Source: Victivallaceae bacterium (GTDB lineage Bacteria; Verrucomicrobiota; Lentisphaeria; Victivallales; Victivallaceae). Taken from it: a DNA stretch of 55,161 nucleotides. The stretch covers positions 1-55,161 of the forward strand of contig JAKSOG010000001.1 of assembly GCA_024405715.1 (NCBI GenBank). The letters run 5' to 3'. The notes below the pieces were generated by a model, which was not told the origin of the DNA, did no database searches, and was given only the letters and a program-made list of their open reading frames with translations. Below, piece after piece: positions 17,296 to 25,128 of the stretch (positions are counted from its first letter, which is position 1; every line of letters begins with the position of its first letter). The position numbers were made by a program, and so were the translations under genes.

Positions 17296-17837
17296 GAGAG
17301 CGTTTCCCGCCGTGCCGTATTGCGGGAAAAAGCGCTCCGGCTCCGGCGGACTTTCCGGAACGTCAATTCCAGAAGATGCGCGATCTCGGGATTTTTCCGC
17401 GCCGAACGCAACATCTTGCGGTGGATCGCCTGACGGGTGCAGCGGTGTACCCGCGCCAGTTCGGCGACGGAGCAACGCTCCGCCGTATCGGGCCGCGGCA
17501 CGATGATTTCGGAAAGGATCCCGAGCGTATAATCGTCGAGTTCGAGCATAAAGCGCAGAAATCGCGCCATTCCGGGGATCTCGGGCGCGGCTTTGCCGTC
17601 CTGCGCGGGATTCTCCGGAACCGGTTCGGCGCCGGGCACATGGACGGTATCGGCGATGAGGTCGCTCCAGTTCTGCACGAATTCAAAGCTGACCATATTG
17701 AGGCGGCTTTCCATTTTCGGAGCGCTTTCGGTGTAATAACGGCACGAACGGCCGAATTCGCATTGGGCGCATGCGGCGCGGTCTTCCGGGTATTTCCCGT
17801 AACACGCCGGCGCGTCGGAAACGTATTCGCTTTTCAT
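17292..17837 (-). CDS. Phage-module protein with an N-terminal Cys4 cluster and a C-terminal helix-turn-helix (181 aa); possible pac-recognition or regulatory protein
   Basis: The start is at MKSEYVS (17837). The cysteine cluster is ACYGKYPEDRAACAQCEFGRSC. The C-terminal CSVAELARVHRCTRQAIHRKM resembles a sigma-region-4/HTH segment. The gene sits directly upstream of, and is coupled to, terL. Confidence 0.45.
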   Translation of the reverse strand: MKSEYVSDAPACYGKYPEDRAACAQCEFGRSCRYYTESAPKMESRLNMVSFEFVQNWSDLIADTVHVPGAEPVPENPAQDGKAAPEIPGMARFLRFMLELDDYTLGILSEIIVPRPDTAERCSVAELARVHRCTRQAIHRKMLRSARKNPEIAHLLELTFRKVRRSRSAFSRNTARRETLS

Positions 17838-17841
17838 AATC

Positions 17842-18225
17842 TTATCCGCGTTTGATCTGCAATGCTCCGGAAAGAGTCGCCCCCGCAAGAAGCGCCCGTG
17901 CGCGGCTTCCCAGCGTCGAGGAAGAAACGTTTTCCGCGACCTTGTAGGTGCAACTGCCGACGCCGTCGATGCTTTCCGAGACGATCCGCCGGTCGGGAAC
18001 GCCGCTCAACGCGTCGCGGTGAAGCAAAAGGTGGATCGTCTGTTCGGCGAGCGCCGCCCGCAGCAACGCGTCGTCTTCGTCGGTGACGGGACGGCCGAGT
18101 TCCGCGGCGACGTCGAGATCGGCGGCGTTGAGCGCCGCCTGTTTTTCCGCCGTGGAAAAGCCGTTCAGTTCTTCACAGAGCAAATGCGTATTGAAATACG
18201 CCTGTAAAACCGTTTCGGAAATCAT
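17842..18225 (-). CDS. Small phage structural protein, putative head-tail adaptor/connector (127 aa)
   Basis: The call rests on position immediately after the major capsid gene, the size, and a helical acidic N-terminal half, all typical of gp6-like connectors. No strong motif was recognised. Confidence 0.4.
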   Translation of the reverse strand: MISETVLQAYFNTHLLCEELNGFSTAEKQAALNAADLDVAAELGRPVTDEDDALLRAALAEQTIHLLLHRDALSGVPDRRIVSESIDGVGSCTYKVAENVSSSTLGSRARALLAGATLSGALQIKRG

Positions 18226-18288
18226 ATCGCAAAACTCCGGAAAGACCGGGAAAGGTCAACCCCTTCCCGGTCGCGTGAAAACAAACGA

Positions 18289-19473
18289 TCAGTCGCCGGA
18301 AACCGTGCCGCCGGAAACACTTTCGGACGATACGCGCATTTCCGCGATCGCGGCGGCGGCGCCTTTCACGTTGGCGATGCGGCAGACGCGCTGTTTCACG
18401 TTTTTGAATTCAAACGTCAACTCGCCGAGCGCCGTGCGGCGCACGCCGTCGAAACCGCGCGGCGTCGCGTCGCCGTCGGAAATTGCGCGTCCTTTGAGAT
18501 TGGCCATCGCGAAACCGCTGGGATCGACGACCCAGACGTCGGTGTCGGGCACGTCGGGATCCGCCATCACGGTCAATCCGCGGCCGTTGATCTCGTTGAC
18601 GATGACGGCGACGTAAGCACTGCGGCGGTCGTCGGAACGCAGGATCTGCAACCGGTCCTTGTATTCGTTGGAGATCACGCGCGCCTGACCGGGACTGCAG
18701 AGCACCTGGACGGGATCGCCTCCTTCGGCGAGCACCATCTGGGCGGCGTCGTTGATAAGATAACTGTCGATGCGTTTTTCCTGCGCGTCAACGGTCAGCG
18801 CACCGGACCCCGTGGCGAAATAGTAAAGTCCGCCGGCTTCGCCGCGCACCGACGCCGTCGCTTCGACGCGGCGTCCGAAAAGCGCCACCCGGTTGAGATC
18901 GCGGGCGAGATCGCTCAACGCGAAAGCGGTCTGGCGGTTGAGTTGATTGTCGACGGAACCGTAGACCCCGACGGCGAGCGCCGAACCGGAAAGCACGATT
19001 TCCTTGCGGAAGATCTGGGTCGTGTTGTATTCGGTGCCGCAAACGGCGTAGTTTTCCTCGCCGTCGCCGTTGACGCTCGCTTCGGACATCGGCGTCGAAA
19101 CGATGATGAAATTCCCGGAAGTGAGCGTCGCGGCGGTCAGCGACGATCCGTTGGCGGCGCCGAGCGAAACGACCGCAGTCGTGCCGGAAACGCTCTCGAC
19201 CTTGAAGAGCGCGGGATCGTCCTTTTTCGCGATCAGCGTGCCGACCCGCAACTTGGCGGCGTCGGCACTTCCGAGGGTAAGCGTCCCGCCGGAAACGGCG
19301 GTCGTTCCGAAACCGCGGCCCGTCAGCTGATCTTCGAGCCATTCGTGTTTGCGGCTGGTCGCGTCCGCGGCGCGGCGGAAATTGGAAATGAAGCGGGGTT
19401 CGTCTTTGACGACCTGCGACAGCACATCCGAAAGATCGCGCTTTTTGTTGGAGAAACTGTAACTGTACAACAT
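18289..19473 (-). CDS. Phage major capsid protein (HK97-fold, SU10/DUF5309-like)
   Basis: 394 aa. The N-terminus DLSDVLSQVVKDEPRFISNF...RKHEWLEDQL and the position after the scaffold gene are characteristic of this capsid family. Confidence 0.75.
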   Translation of the reverse strand: MLYSYSFSNKKRDLSDVLSQVVKDEPRFISNFRRAADATSRKHEWLEDQLTGRGFGTTAVSGGTLTLGSADAAKLRVGTLIAKKDDPALFKVESVSGTTAVVSLGAANGSSLTAATLTSGNFIIVSTPMSEASVNGDGEENYAVCGTEYNTTQIFRKEIVLSGSALAVGVYGSVDNQLNRQTAFALSDLARDLNRVALFGRRVEATASVRGEAGGLYYFATGSGALTVDAQEKRIDSYLINDAAQMVLAEGGDPVQVLCSPGQARVISNEYKDRLQILRSDDRRSAYVAVIVNEINGRGLTVMADPDVPDTDVWVVDPSGFAMANLKGRAISDGDATPRGFDGVRRTALGELTFEFKNVKQRVCRIANVKGAAAAIAEMRVSSESVSGGTVSGD

Positions 19474-19501
19474 TTTTCGGGAGTCCTTTCTCTGTTAAAC
19501 G

Positions 19502-20035
19502 TTACTCCTTGAACGGCACTTTGCCGATCGTTTGCATCAACGCGCCGATGCGGGAAACCGGATCGGGAAACGCGCATTCTCCGTCGTCGCGCTCGAGCGT
19601 TTCGGCGCAACCGGAACCGCCGCCGCTTTGCAAGCGGGAAAAAAATGCGGACGGATGACTTTTCGTCAGGTCTCCGATCATCGCCGCCACGGCGGCTTCG
19701 TCGTCGAGATCGACCGCCCTTTTTCCGGCGAGAAAATCGAGATAATCGGCATCGGCGCAACCGGCGTCGCGGGCGATCCGATCGATTTTGTTGCGGCGTT
19801 CGAGCGCGCGGTATTTCTTTTCGATCTCTTCGCGTTCGGCGAGCGCGCCGTCGAGCGCTTTTTGCATTTTTTCGGTTTCGCTGAGCTGGGCGTTTTCGGC
19901 GGCGTCGAGTTTCCGGCGCAGTTCGGCAATTTCCCGGGACATCGCGTCGGGATCGCGTTGCAGCCACGCCTGCCGTTCGTTTTCGTCCAGCGGCGATTCG
20001 GCGATGAATTTTTTCCAAAGGGCGGACACGTTCAT
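19502..20035 (-). CDS. Phage scaffolding protein (177 aa)
   Basis: This is the in-frame C-terminal part of the spurious 663-aa track ORF. It is charged and coiled-coil (EIAELRRKLDAAENAQLSETEKMQKALDGALAEREEIEKKYRALERRNK). The ATG at 20035 overlaps the portal stop (ATGA), and the SD is aaggagag. Confidence 0.65.
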   Translation of the reverse strand: MNVSALWKKFIAESPLDENERQAWLQRDPDAMSREIAELRRKLDAAENAQLSETEKMQKALDGALAEREEIEKKYRALERRNKIDRIARDAGCADADYLDFLAGKRAVDLDDEAAVAAMIGDLTKSHPSAFFSRLQSGGGSGCAETLERDDGECAFPDPVSRIGALMQTIGKVPFKE

Positions 20036-21444
20036 TTTTTCTCTCCTTGATTTTCGCCCGGGGAGGCGAGTTCTTCTTTTTCTCCGGACGGCATCGCGGC
20101 GACGCCGCCGAGCAGTTCGACCGCGGCATTCCGGACCGCCCGGCGGTAGGCGGCGTCGCCGGAAAGTTGCGACAGTTGAAGCAGTCCGGAAATCGTTTTC
20201 TGCAGATCGCGTACCGCGAATTCGCGGTTGTAGGCGATCTCCGGTACCGGAATGCCGCGGTCGAAACGGTGGATCATTTTCCATGCGGAAATTTCCGCCT
20301 CTTCCAGTTGCGCGGCGCGTTCGGCGAGAAACCAGTCGACGTGCCGGAAATCCCATTCCTTGGATTCCGCTGTACGGTTTTCGCGCCCGCGCCCCTGGAC
20401 CGCCAGTCCCACCACGTCGTAGAGTTCCTGTTTGAGTTGCAGATTTTCCTGACGGATCACCTCGCTCGCCACACCGGAAGGACCGATGTAACGGCTGATC
20501 CCCTTTTCTTCGACCGATTCGATGATCGCCGCGCTCCGGGCGACGGTCGCGGCGAAACCGGCGGCGGAATTGCCCGCCGCAAGTTTCCGGGCGCCGCGGG
20601 CGAAGGAATCCGACACGACGAGCATTCCGAACATCTGTTTGACGATATTCATCTGGGATTCGGATTCGTTGTTGAGGATCGCTTCGCTGATACGCACCAC
20701 GTCTTCGAACCAGTGGTTGGCGTCCATCCCGAAACCGTCGATTTCCTCGACGGAAACAAGCGGGACTTCGCCGATCGGATTGACGCCGCCGCCGACCTCG
20801 CGGCAGCCGGACGCCGTCCGCTCGAAAACGCGCCACCGGTCGCGCTCGAGCAACCGCATCCGCTCCCGGCGCACTTCGGAAGAAAAAGGATCGCTGTGAT
20901 CGACCGCTTCCTCGGAAATCAGCGCCCAGAGCAATTTCCCGTCGGCGCCATATGCCCAGTCGGTCACGTCGAGCGCCGAAAGCGTCCGCACATAAGGCCG
21001 CAACCGCTCCTCGGCGGCGCGGCGCAACGAAACTTCGCCCTCGAAACGGGGCGATTCGACCAGAAGATACGCCTTCCCGTAAACGCTGAGCATCGTCGAC
21101 AACTGCCGCATCACCCCCGTCGCGCGCAACCCCGAACGGCTCCAATCCTCGACCAGTTCCGCGTCGGCGTTGCGCCGCACCGGTTCCGTGCCGAGCACGC
21201 TCTGGGTGATCTGGCGCGCGATCGAACGAGGATAATTGAAGTAATAGGCGCGCCGGCGTCTTTCGGAAAATTCGAGTTCGATCTCGGAAACGTGACGGAT
21301 CAGCGCCGCTTCCAGATAGCCGCTGCCGCCGGAATAGGCGTCGCGGCTCTTTTTCCATACATCGCGCCGACGCGCGTAATCCGGGTGCATACGCGTGAAA
21401 AGCACGTCGGGATCGCGGGAAAGATGATCTTCGCTTTTTTTCAT
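20032..21444 (-). CDS. Phage portal protein
   Basis: About 470 aa. The N-terminus (RRRDVWKKSRDAYSGGSGYLE...RRRRAYYFNYPRSIARQIT) resembles podovirus-type (DUF4055-like) portals. The ATG at 21444 shares one base with the terS stop (TGATG), and the SD is aaggag. Confidence 0.75.
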   Translation of the reverse strand: MKKSEDHLSRDPDVLFTRMHPDYARRRDVWKKSRDAYSGGSGYLEAALIRHVSEIELEFSERRRRAYYFNYPRSIARQITQSVLGTEPVRRNADAELVEDWSRSGLRATGVMRQLSTMLSVYGKAYLLVESPRFEGEVSLRRAAEERLRPYVRTLSALDVTDWAYGADGKLLWALISEEAVDHSDPFSSEVRRERMRLLERDRWRVFERTASGCREVGGGVNPIGEVPLVSVEEIDGFGMDANHWFEDVVRISEAILNNESESQMNIVKQMFGMLVVSDSFARGARKLAAGNSAAGFAATVARSAAIIESVEEKGISRYIGPSGVASEVIRQENLQLKQELYDVVGLAVQGRGRENRTAESKEWDFRHVDWFLAERAAQLEEAEISAWKMIHRFDRGIPVPEIAYNREFAVRDLQKTISGLLQLSQLSGDAAYRRAVRNAAVELLGGVAAMPSGEKEELASPGENQGEKK

Positions 21445-21842
21445 CACAACTCCTTTTCTTCGGCGGAAAACGTGATCTTGACCGGTTCTTCAAGCACGAC
21501 GTTCCTGCGGTCGCGCCATGCGTCGGGGCGGCGGTTTTTCAACCAGAAAACCGCCGCTTTGACATCCGCCGGGACGTGGCGTACCGCGTCGTCGCAGCCG
21601 ACGTCGTATCCGGTCGCCCGGCGGAAAAGCGCCGCTTCGACCTGATCGTCCGCCAGTTCGGCGGCGCATTTCCGGCATTCCGCCAGCAGCGTTTCGAATT
21701 CCGGATATTTTTTGCGGTAGCGGCGCAAGGTTTCCGCCGACAGATTCAACCTTGCGGGCAGATCGCGCTCGGCGCCCCCCGCGCATAAAAAGGCGCGGAT
21801 CGACTCCCAGGCGGGTTTGACGATCATTTCATATCGGTCCAT
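21444..21842 (-). CDS. Phage terminase small subunit (132 aa)
   Basis: The start was moved to the ATG at 21842, preceded by GGAGGA. An HTH-like segment (LNLSAETLRRYRKKYPEF) is followed by VEAALFRRATGY...AAVFWLKNRRPDAWRDR, typical of small terminases. Confidence 0.7.
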   Translation of the reverse strand: MDRYEMIVKPAWESIRAFLCAGGAERDLPARLNLSAETLRRYRKKYPEFETLLAECRKCAAELADDQVEAALFRRATGYDVGCDDAVRHVPADVKAAVFWLKNRRPDAWRDRRNVVLEEPVKITFSAEEKEL

Positions 21843-21964
21843 AAATCCTCCGAAAGATCCGGCTTTCCGGAATCTTTTTTCATCCAACAGAATCTTTGTC
21901 AACCGTTTTTCCGCCCCGCCGGAAAATTTTTCTCTTTTTTCGCCGGAACGGGTCGCACGTCATT

Positions 21965-21993
21965 AATATAAGACTTAATTTTCGATATGTCAT
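21965..21993 (-). promoter_or_regulatory. Sigma70-type promoter for the phage-derived module (ATGACA-17-TATATT)
   Basis: The reverse strand reads gATGACAtatcgaaaattaagtctTATATT in an AT-rich stretch. It lies about 120 nt upstream of the terS ATG. Confidence 0.5.
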
Positions 21994-22090
21994 CGGCGAA
22001 TAAACATTCGCTATGTGCCTGACGGAAAGGGATTTACAACTTTTCTGAAATGTGTTTTTTTCTTCCCGGCATCCGGTGCCGCGCCCCGTC

Positions 22091-22137
22091 TTTTCCGCCG
22101 CGGAAAAATTCCGGAGTGCGGATTTTCCGCGGAAAAA
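22091..22137. promoter_or_regulatory. Two related palindromes (TTTTCCGC-c-GCGGAAAA and TTTTCCGCGGAAAA) about 30 bp apart, abutting the aroF -35; candidate operator sites
   Basis: 22091-22107 and 22123-22136 are (near-)perfect inverted repeats. The second ends 2 nt before the -35 at 22139. Confidence 0.35.
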
Positions 22138-22138
22138 G

Positions 22139-22167
22139 TTGTAAGATGCTCCGTTTGACAGTATATT
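22139..22167 (+). promoter_or_regulatory. Sigma70-type promoter for the aro operon (TTGTAA-17-TATATT)
   Basis: Hexamers at 22139-22144 and 22162-22167 with a 17-nt spacer. The aroF ATG is at 22212. Confidence 0.6.
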
Positions 22168-22211
22168 TTAGCGACGGTGAATCGTAATGGACAAAAAAGC
22201 GGAGTTTCATC

Positions 22212-23216
22212 ATGGTCGTCATATTAAAAGAAAATCCGGATCCGAAGCAACTGGAAAATCTCACCCGGTGGCTGAAAAGTCAGGATCTCGTCATCCACAG
22301 CAGCAACGGGATCCATCAGACGGTACTCGGGCTTGTCGGCGACACCAGCCGCATCGACATCGACCTCATCAAAGCGCTCGACATCGTCGAAGACGTCGTG
22401 CGCATCCAGGATCCCTTCAAAAGCGCCAACCGTAAATTCCACCCGCTCGACACGGTGGTCGAAGTCGGCCCCGCCCGGATCGGCGGCGGAAATTTCGCGC
22501 TGATCGCCGGACCGTGTTCGATCGAATCCGAAGAGCAGATCTGCTCCATCGCCGAAGCGGTCAAAAAATCGGGCGCGGCGATCCTGCGCGGCGGCGTTTT
22601 CAAGCCGCGCACCAGCCCTTACGCATTTCAAGGATTGCGCGCCGAAGGGATCAAACTCCTTCTGGAAGCGAAAAAGGCGACGGGGCTTCCCGTCGTCACC
22701 GAGATCATGGATATTTCCCAGCTGGATCTTTTCGGCGAGATCGACATGATCCAGGTCGGAGCGCGCAACATGCAGAATTTCGAGCTGCTCAAACAATTGG
22801 GGAAAAGCGACAAACCGGTCCTTTTGAAACGCGGTTTCGCCAGCACCATCAAAGAGCTTCTGATGAGCGCCGAATACATCCTCGCGGGCGGGAACCATCG
22901 CGTGATCCTCTGCGAACGCGGCATCCGCACCTTTGAAACAGCGACCCGCAACACGCTGGATCTCGCCGCCGTGCCGGTGTTGCACAACCTGTCGCATCTG
23001 CCGGTCGTCGTCGATCCGAGCCATGCGACCGGCGTCGCCAAACTCGTCGAACCGATGACGATGGCGGCGGTGGCGGCGGGATGCGACGGCGTGATGATCG
23101 AAGTCCACAACGATCCCGCGCACGCGCTCTGCGACGGGCCCCAGTCGATCCTGCCGGAAAATTTCGACGCGATCGCGCGCCGGAGTCTCATTCTCCGCGA
23201 GGCGCTGAAAAAATGA
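22212..23216 (+). CDS. aroF: DAHP synthase, type I-beta, with an N-terminal ferredoxin-like regulatory domain (Thermotoga type)
   Basis: 334 aa. MVVILKENPD...VVRIQDPFK (regulatory domain) is followed by IAGPCSIESEEQ...LRGGVFKPRTSPYAFQGL...LLKRG...CERGIRTF...DPSHA. Confidence 0.9.
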   Translation: MVVILKENPDPKQLENLTRWLKSQDLVIHSSNGIHQTVLGLVGDTSRIDIDLIKALDIVEDVVRIQDPFKSANRKFHPLDTVVEVGPARIGGGNFALIAGPCSIESEEQICSIAEAVKKSGAAILRGGVFKPRTSPYAFQGLRAEGIKLLLEAKKATGLPVVTEIMDISQLDLFGEIDMIQVGARNMQNFELLKQLGKSDKPVLLKRGFASTIKELLMSAEYILAGGNHRVILCERGIRTFETATRNTLDLAAVPVLHNLSHLPVVVDPSHATGVAKLVEPMTMAAVAAGCDGVMIEVHNDPAHALCDGPQSILPENFDAIARRSLILREALKK

Positions 23217-24091
23217 AGACCGTCGGGATCGTCGGCTGCGGATTGATCGGCGGAAGTTTCGCCAAGGCGATCAAGGCGAATCTCGACTGCCGGGTAGTCG
23301 GTTTCGACCGCGACGAAAGCGCACTGTGCCTCGCCGAACTTGAAAAGGCGATCGACGGACGCCTCACGGAAAAAAACCTCGCGAAGTGCGACCTTGTTCT
23401 CATCGCACTGCCGCCGCAGGGCGTTCTTGATTTTCTGCATCAATACGGAAAATTCATCGGCAAAGGCGCCGTCGTCGTCGATTGCGCCGGAGTCAAACGC
23501 CGGATCTGTCCCGAAGCGTGGAAGACCGCCGCGGAAAATGGATTTGTTTTCGTCGGCGGTCATCCGATGGCGGGCAAGGAAAAATCCGGCTTCGGCCGTT
23601 CGACGGAAACGCTTTTTTCCGGCGCGTCGATGCTGCTCGCTTTCGAGGGACTGCCCGAACCGGATTTTCTGGAAAAGTTCAAAGCGTTTTTTCTCGCGCT
23701 CGGTTTCACCCGCGTCGTGCCGACGACTCCGGAAAAGCACGACCGCATCATCGCCTACACTTCGCAACTGGCGCACGCGCTTTCAGCGAGTTTCGTATGC
23801 AGCGCGACCGCCGACGAACATGCCGGGTATTCCGCCGGAAGTTTCCGCGATATGATCCGCGTGGCTTCGGTCGATCCCGGATTATGGAGCGACCTCTTCC
23901 TCGACAACGGCGATTTTCTGGCGAAAGAAGTGCGGACGCTCATCAAGAATCTCGCTTCCTTCGCCGACGCGCTCGAAACGAAAGACCGCGACGCGCTCGT
24001 CGCGTTGCTTGAAAAAGGCGCCGCGCGCAAAGCGAAAATCGAAAGTCTGCGCACGTTGCGCGCCGCCGCCAAAGGAGAAACGGCGCGATGA
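23213..24091 (+). CDS. tyrA: Prephenate dehydrogenase
   Basis: The start is at MKTVGIVGCGLIGGSFA (ATGA overlap with aroF). GGHPMAGKEKSG and HDRIIAYTSQLAH motifs are present. Confidence 0.85.
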   Translation: MKTVGIVGCGLIGGSFAKAIKANLDCRVVGFDRDESALCLAELEKAIDGRLTEKNLAKCDLVLIALPPQGVLDFLHQYGKFIGKGAVVVDCAGVKRRICPEAWKTAAENGFVFVGGHPMAGKEKSGFGRSTETLFSGASMLLAFEGLPEPDFLEKFKAFFLALGFTRVVPTTPEKHDRIIAYTSQLAHALSASFVCSATADEHAGYSAGSFRDMIRVASVDPGLWSDLFLDNGDFLAKEVRTLIKNLASFADALETKDRDALVALLEKGAARKAKIESLRTLRAAAKGETAR

Positions 24092-25128
24092 CGGACTTTG
24101 CCATCGGCAGTTGCCGCATTGAAATCGGGACGGGACTTCTTGACGTCCTCGGCGACCGGATCCGCGCTTCGGGCGGAGAAAAATCCCTGCGTTGCGCCGT
24201 CGTCACCGATGCGAACGTCGCCGCGCTCCACCTTGAAAAAACGAAACGCTCTTTCGCCCGGGCGGGGATCGGAACCGATGAATTCATCCTCGCGCCGGGG
24301 GAAAAATCCAAAACATTTCCCGTTTATATGCAACTGCTTTCCTTTCTCGCGGCATGGCACTTCACGAGAAGCGACGCGATCCTGGCGCTCGGCGGCGGCG
24401 TCGTCGGCGATCTCGCCGGTTTCGCGGCATCGACCTTTCTGCGGGGGATGCGTTTCTTTCAGGCGCCGACGACACTGCTGGCGATGATCGACAGCGGGAT
24501 CGGCGGAAAAACCGCCGTCGATCTGCCGGAAGGGAAAAATCTCTGCGGCACTTTTTATCCGGCGGAAAAGGTTTTCTGCGACGTTTCCGCGCTGGCGACG
24601 CTTCCCCGCGACATCTTCGCCGACGGCTCCGCCGAAGCGGTCAAATACGGAGTCATCCGCGATGCGCGCCTTTTCGGGGAAATCGAAGACGGCGCACTCG
24701 TTTCCGATGCGGAAAAAACGATCGCGCGATGCGCCGCGATCAAAGCGGAGATCGTCGCCCGCGACCTTTACGACCAGGGCGAAAGACGATTGCTCAATTT
24801 CGGCCACACGTTCGGTCACGCGATCGAGATCGCTTCGGATTTCAGCTTTTCCCACGGACGCGCCGTCGCCGTCGGAATGATGGAAATCACCCGGATCGCG
24901 GTCCGCCGGAAACTTTGCGGATCCGACGTCGCCGTCCGATTGGAAAAGACCTTGCAAAAAGCGGGGCTCCCGACGGAAAATCCCTATGATCGCGCCGCGC
25001 TCGCCGAAATTATGCTCAACGACAAAAAACGCCGCGGCACAACGCTCGAATGGGTCGTGCCGCGCGCGATCGGGCGCGCGGAGCTTTTCCCCGTGGAGAT
25101 CGGTAATCTGAAAGAATTTTTGTCCTGA
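24088..25128 (+). CDS. aroB: 3-dehydroquinate synthase
   Basis: 346 aa with GGGVVGDLAGFAASTFLRGMRFFQAPTTLLAMIDSGIGGKTAVDL and NFGHTFGHAIE. Confidence 0.92.
   Translation: MTDFAIGSCRIEIGTGLLDVLGDRIRASGGEKSLRCAVVTDANVAALHLEKTKRSFARAGIGTDEFILAPGEKSKTFPVYMQLLSFLAAWHFTRSDAILALGGGVVGDLAGFAASTFLRGMRFFQAPTTLLAMIDSGIGGKTAVDLPEGKNLCGTFYPAEKVFCDVSALATLPRDIFADGSAEAVKYGVIRDARLFGEIEDGALVSDAEKTIARCAAIKAEIVARDLYDQGERRLLNFGHTFGHAIEIASDFSFSHGRAVAVGMMEITRIAVRRKLCGSDVAVRLEKTLQKAGLPTENPYDRAALAEIMLNDKKRRGTTLEWVVPRAIGRAELFPVEIGNLKEFLS

Larger units (their letters stand above)
16042..21993 (-). mobile_element. Phage-derived head-morphogenesis and DNA-packaging gene module (7 genes plus promoter) with no integrase, tail, lysis or replication genes
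   Basis: The genes are contiguous and co-directional with overlapping stops and starts. The module is flanked immediately by thiI (15-nt gap) and the aroF promoter region. Confidence 0.7.

Noticed and set aside
17296-17475. N-terminal 60 codons of the terL track ORF (ATG at 17475)
   Set aside because: This stretch overlaps the upstream gene by 184 nt and encodes Pro/Arg/Gly-rich sequence. The in-frame TTG at 17295 gives a TTGA stop/start junction and a normal TerL length. The true start remains unverified.
18289-19473. Capsid-fold protein as an encapsulin nanocompartment shell
   Set aside because: The gene sits in one operon with a portal, a scaffold and both terminase subunits. No cargo-type gene is present. 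At 394 aa it fits phage capsids better than encapsulins.
19502-21493. 663-aa minus-strand ORF, plus the 532-aa plus-strand ORF 20047-21645
   Set aside because: Only the final 177 codons of the minus-strand ORF (the scaffold) are credible. The rest overlaps the portal gene in another frame, and the plus-strand ORF is antisense to the portal.
22034-22264. 76-aa minus-strand ORF in the divergent promoter region
   Set aside because: It spans the aroF promoter and start, has no SD, and has odd composition. The 22187-22435 plus-strand ORF is likewise out of frame with aroF.
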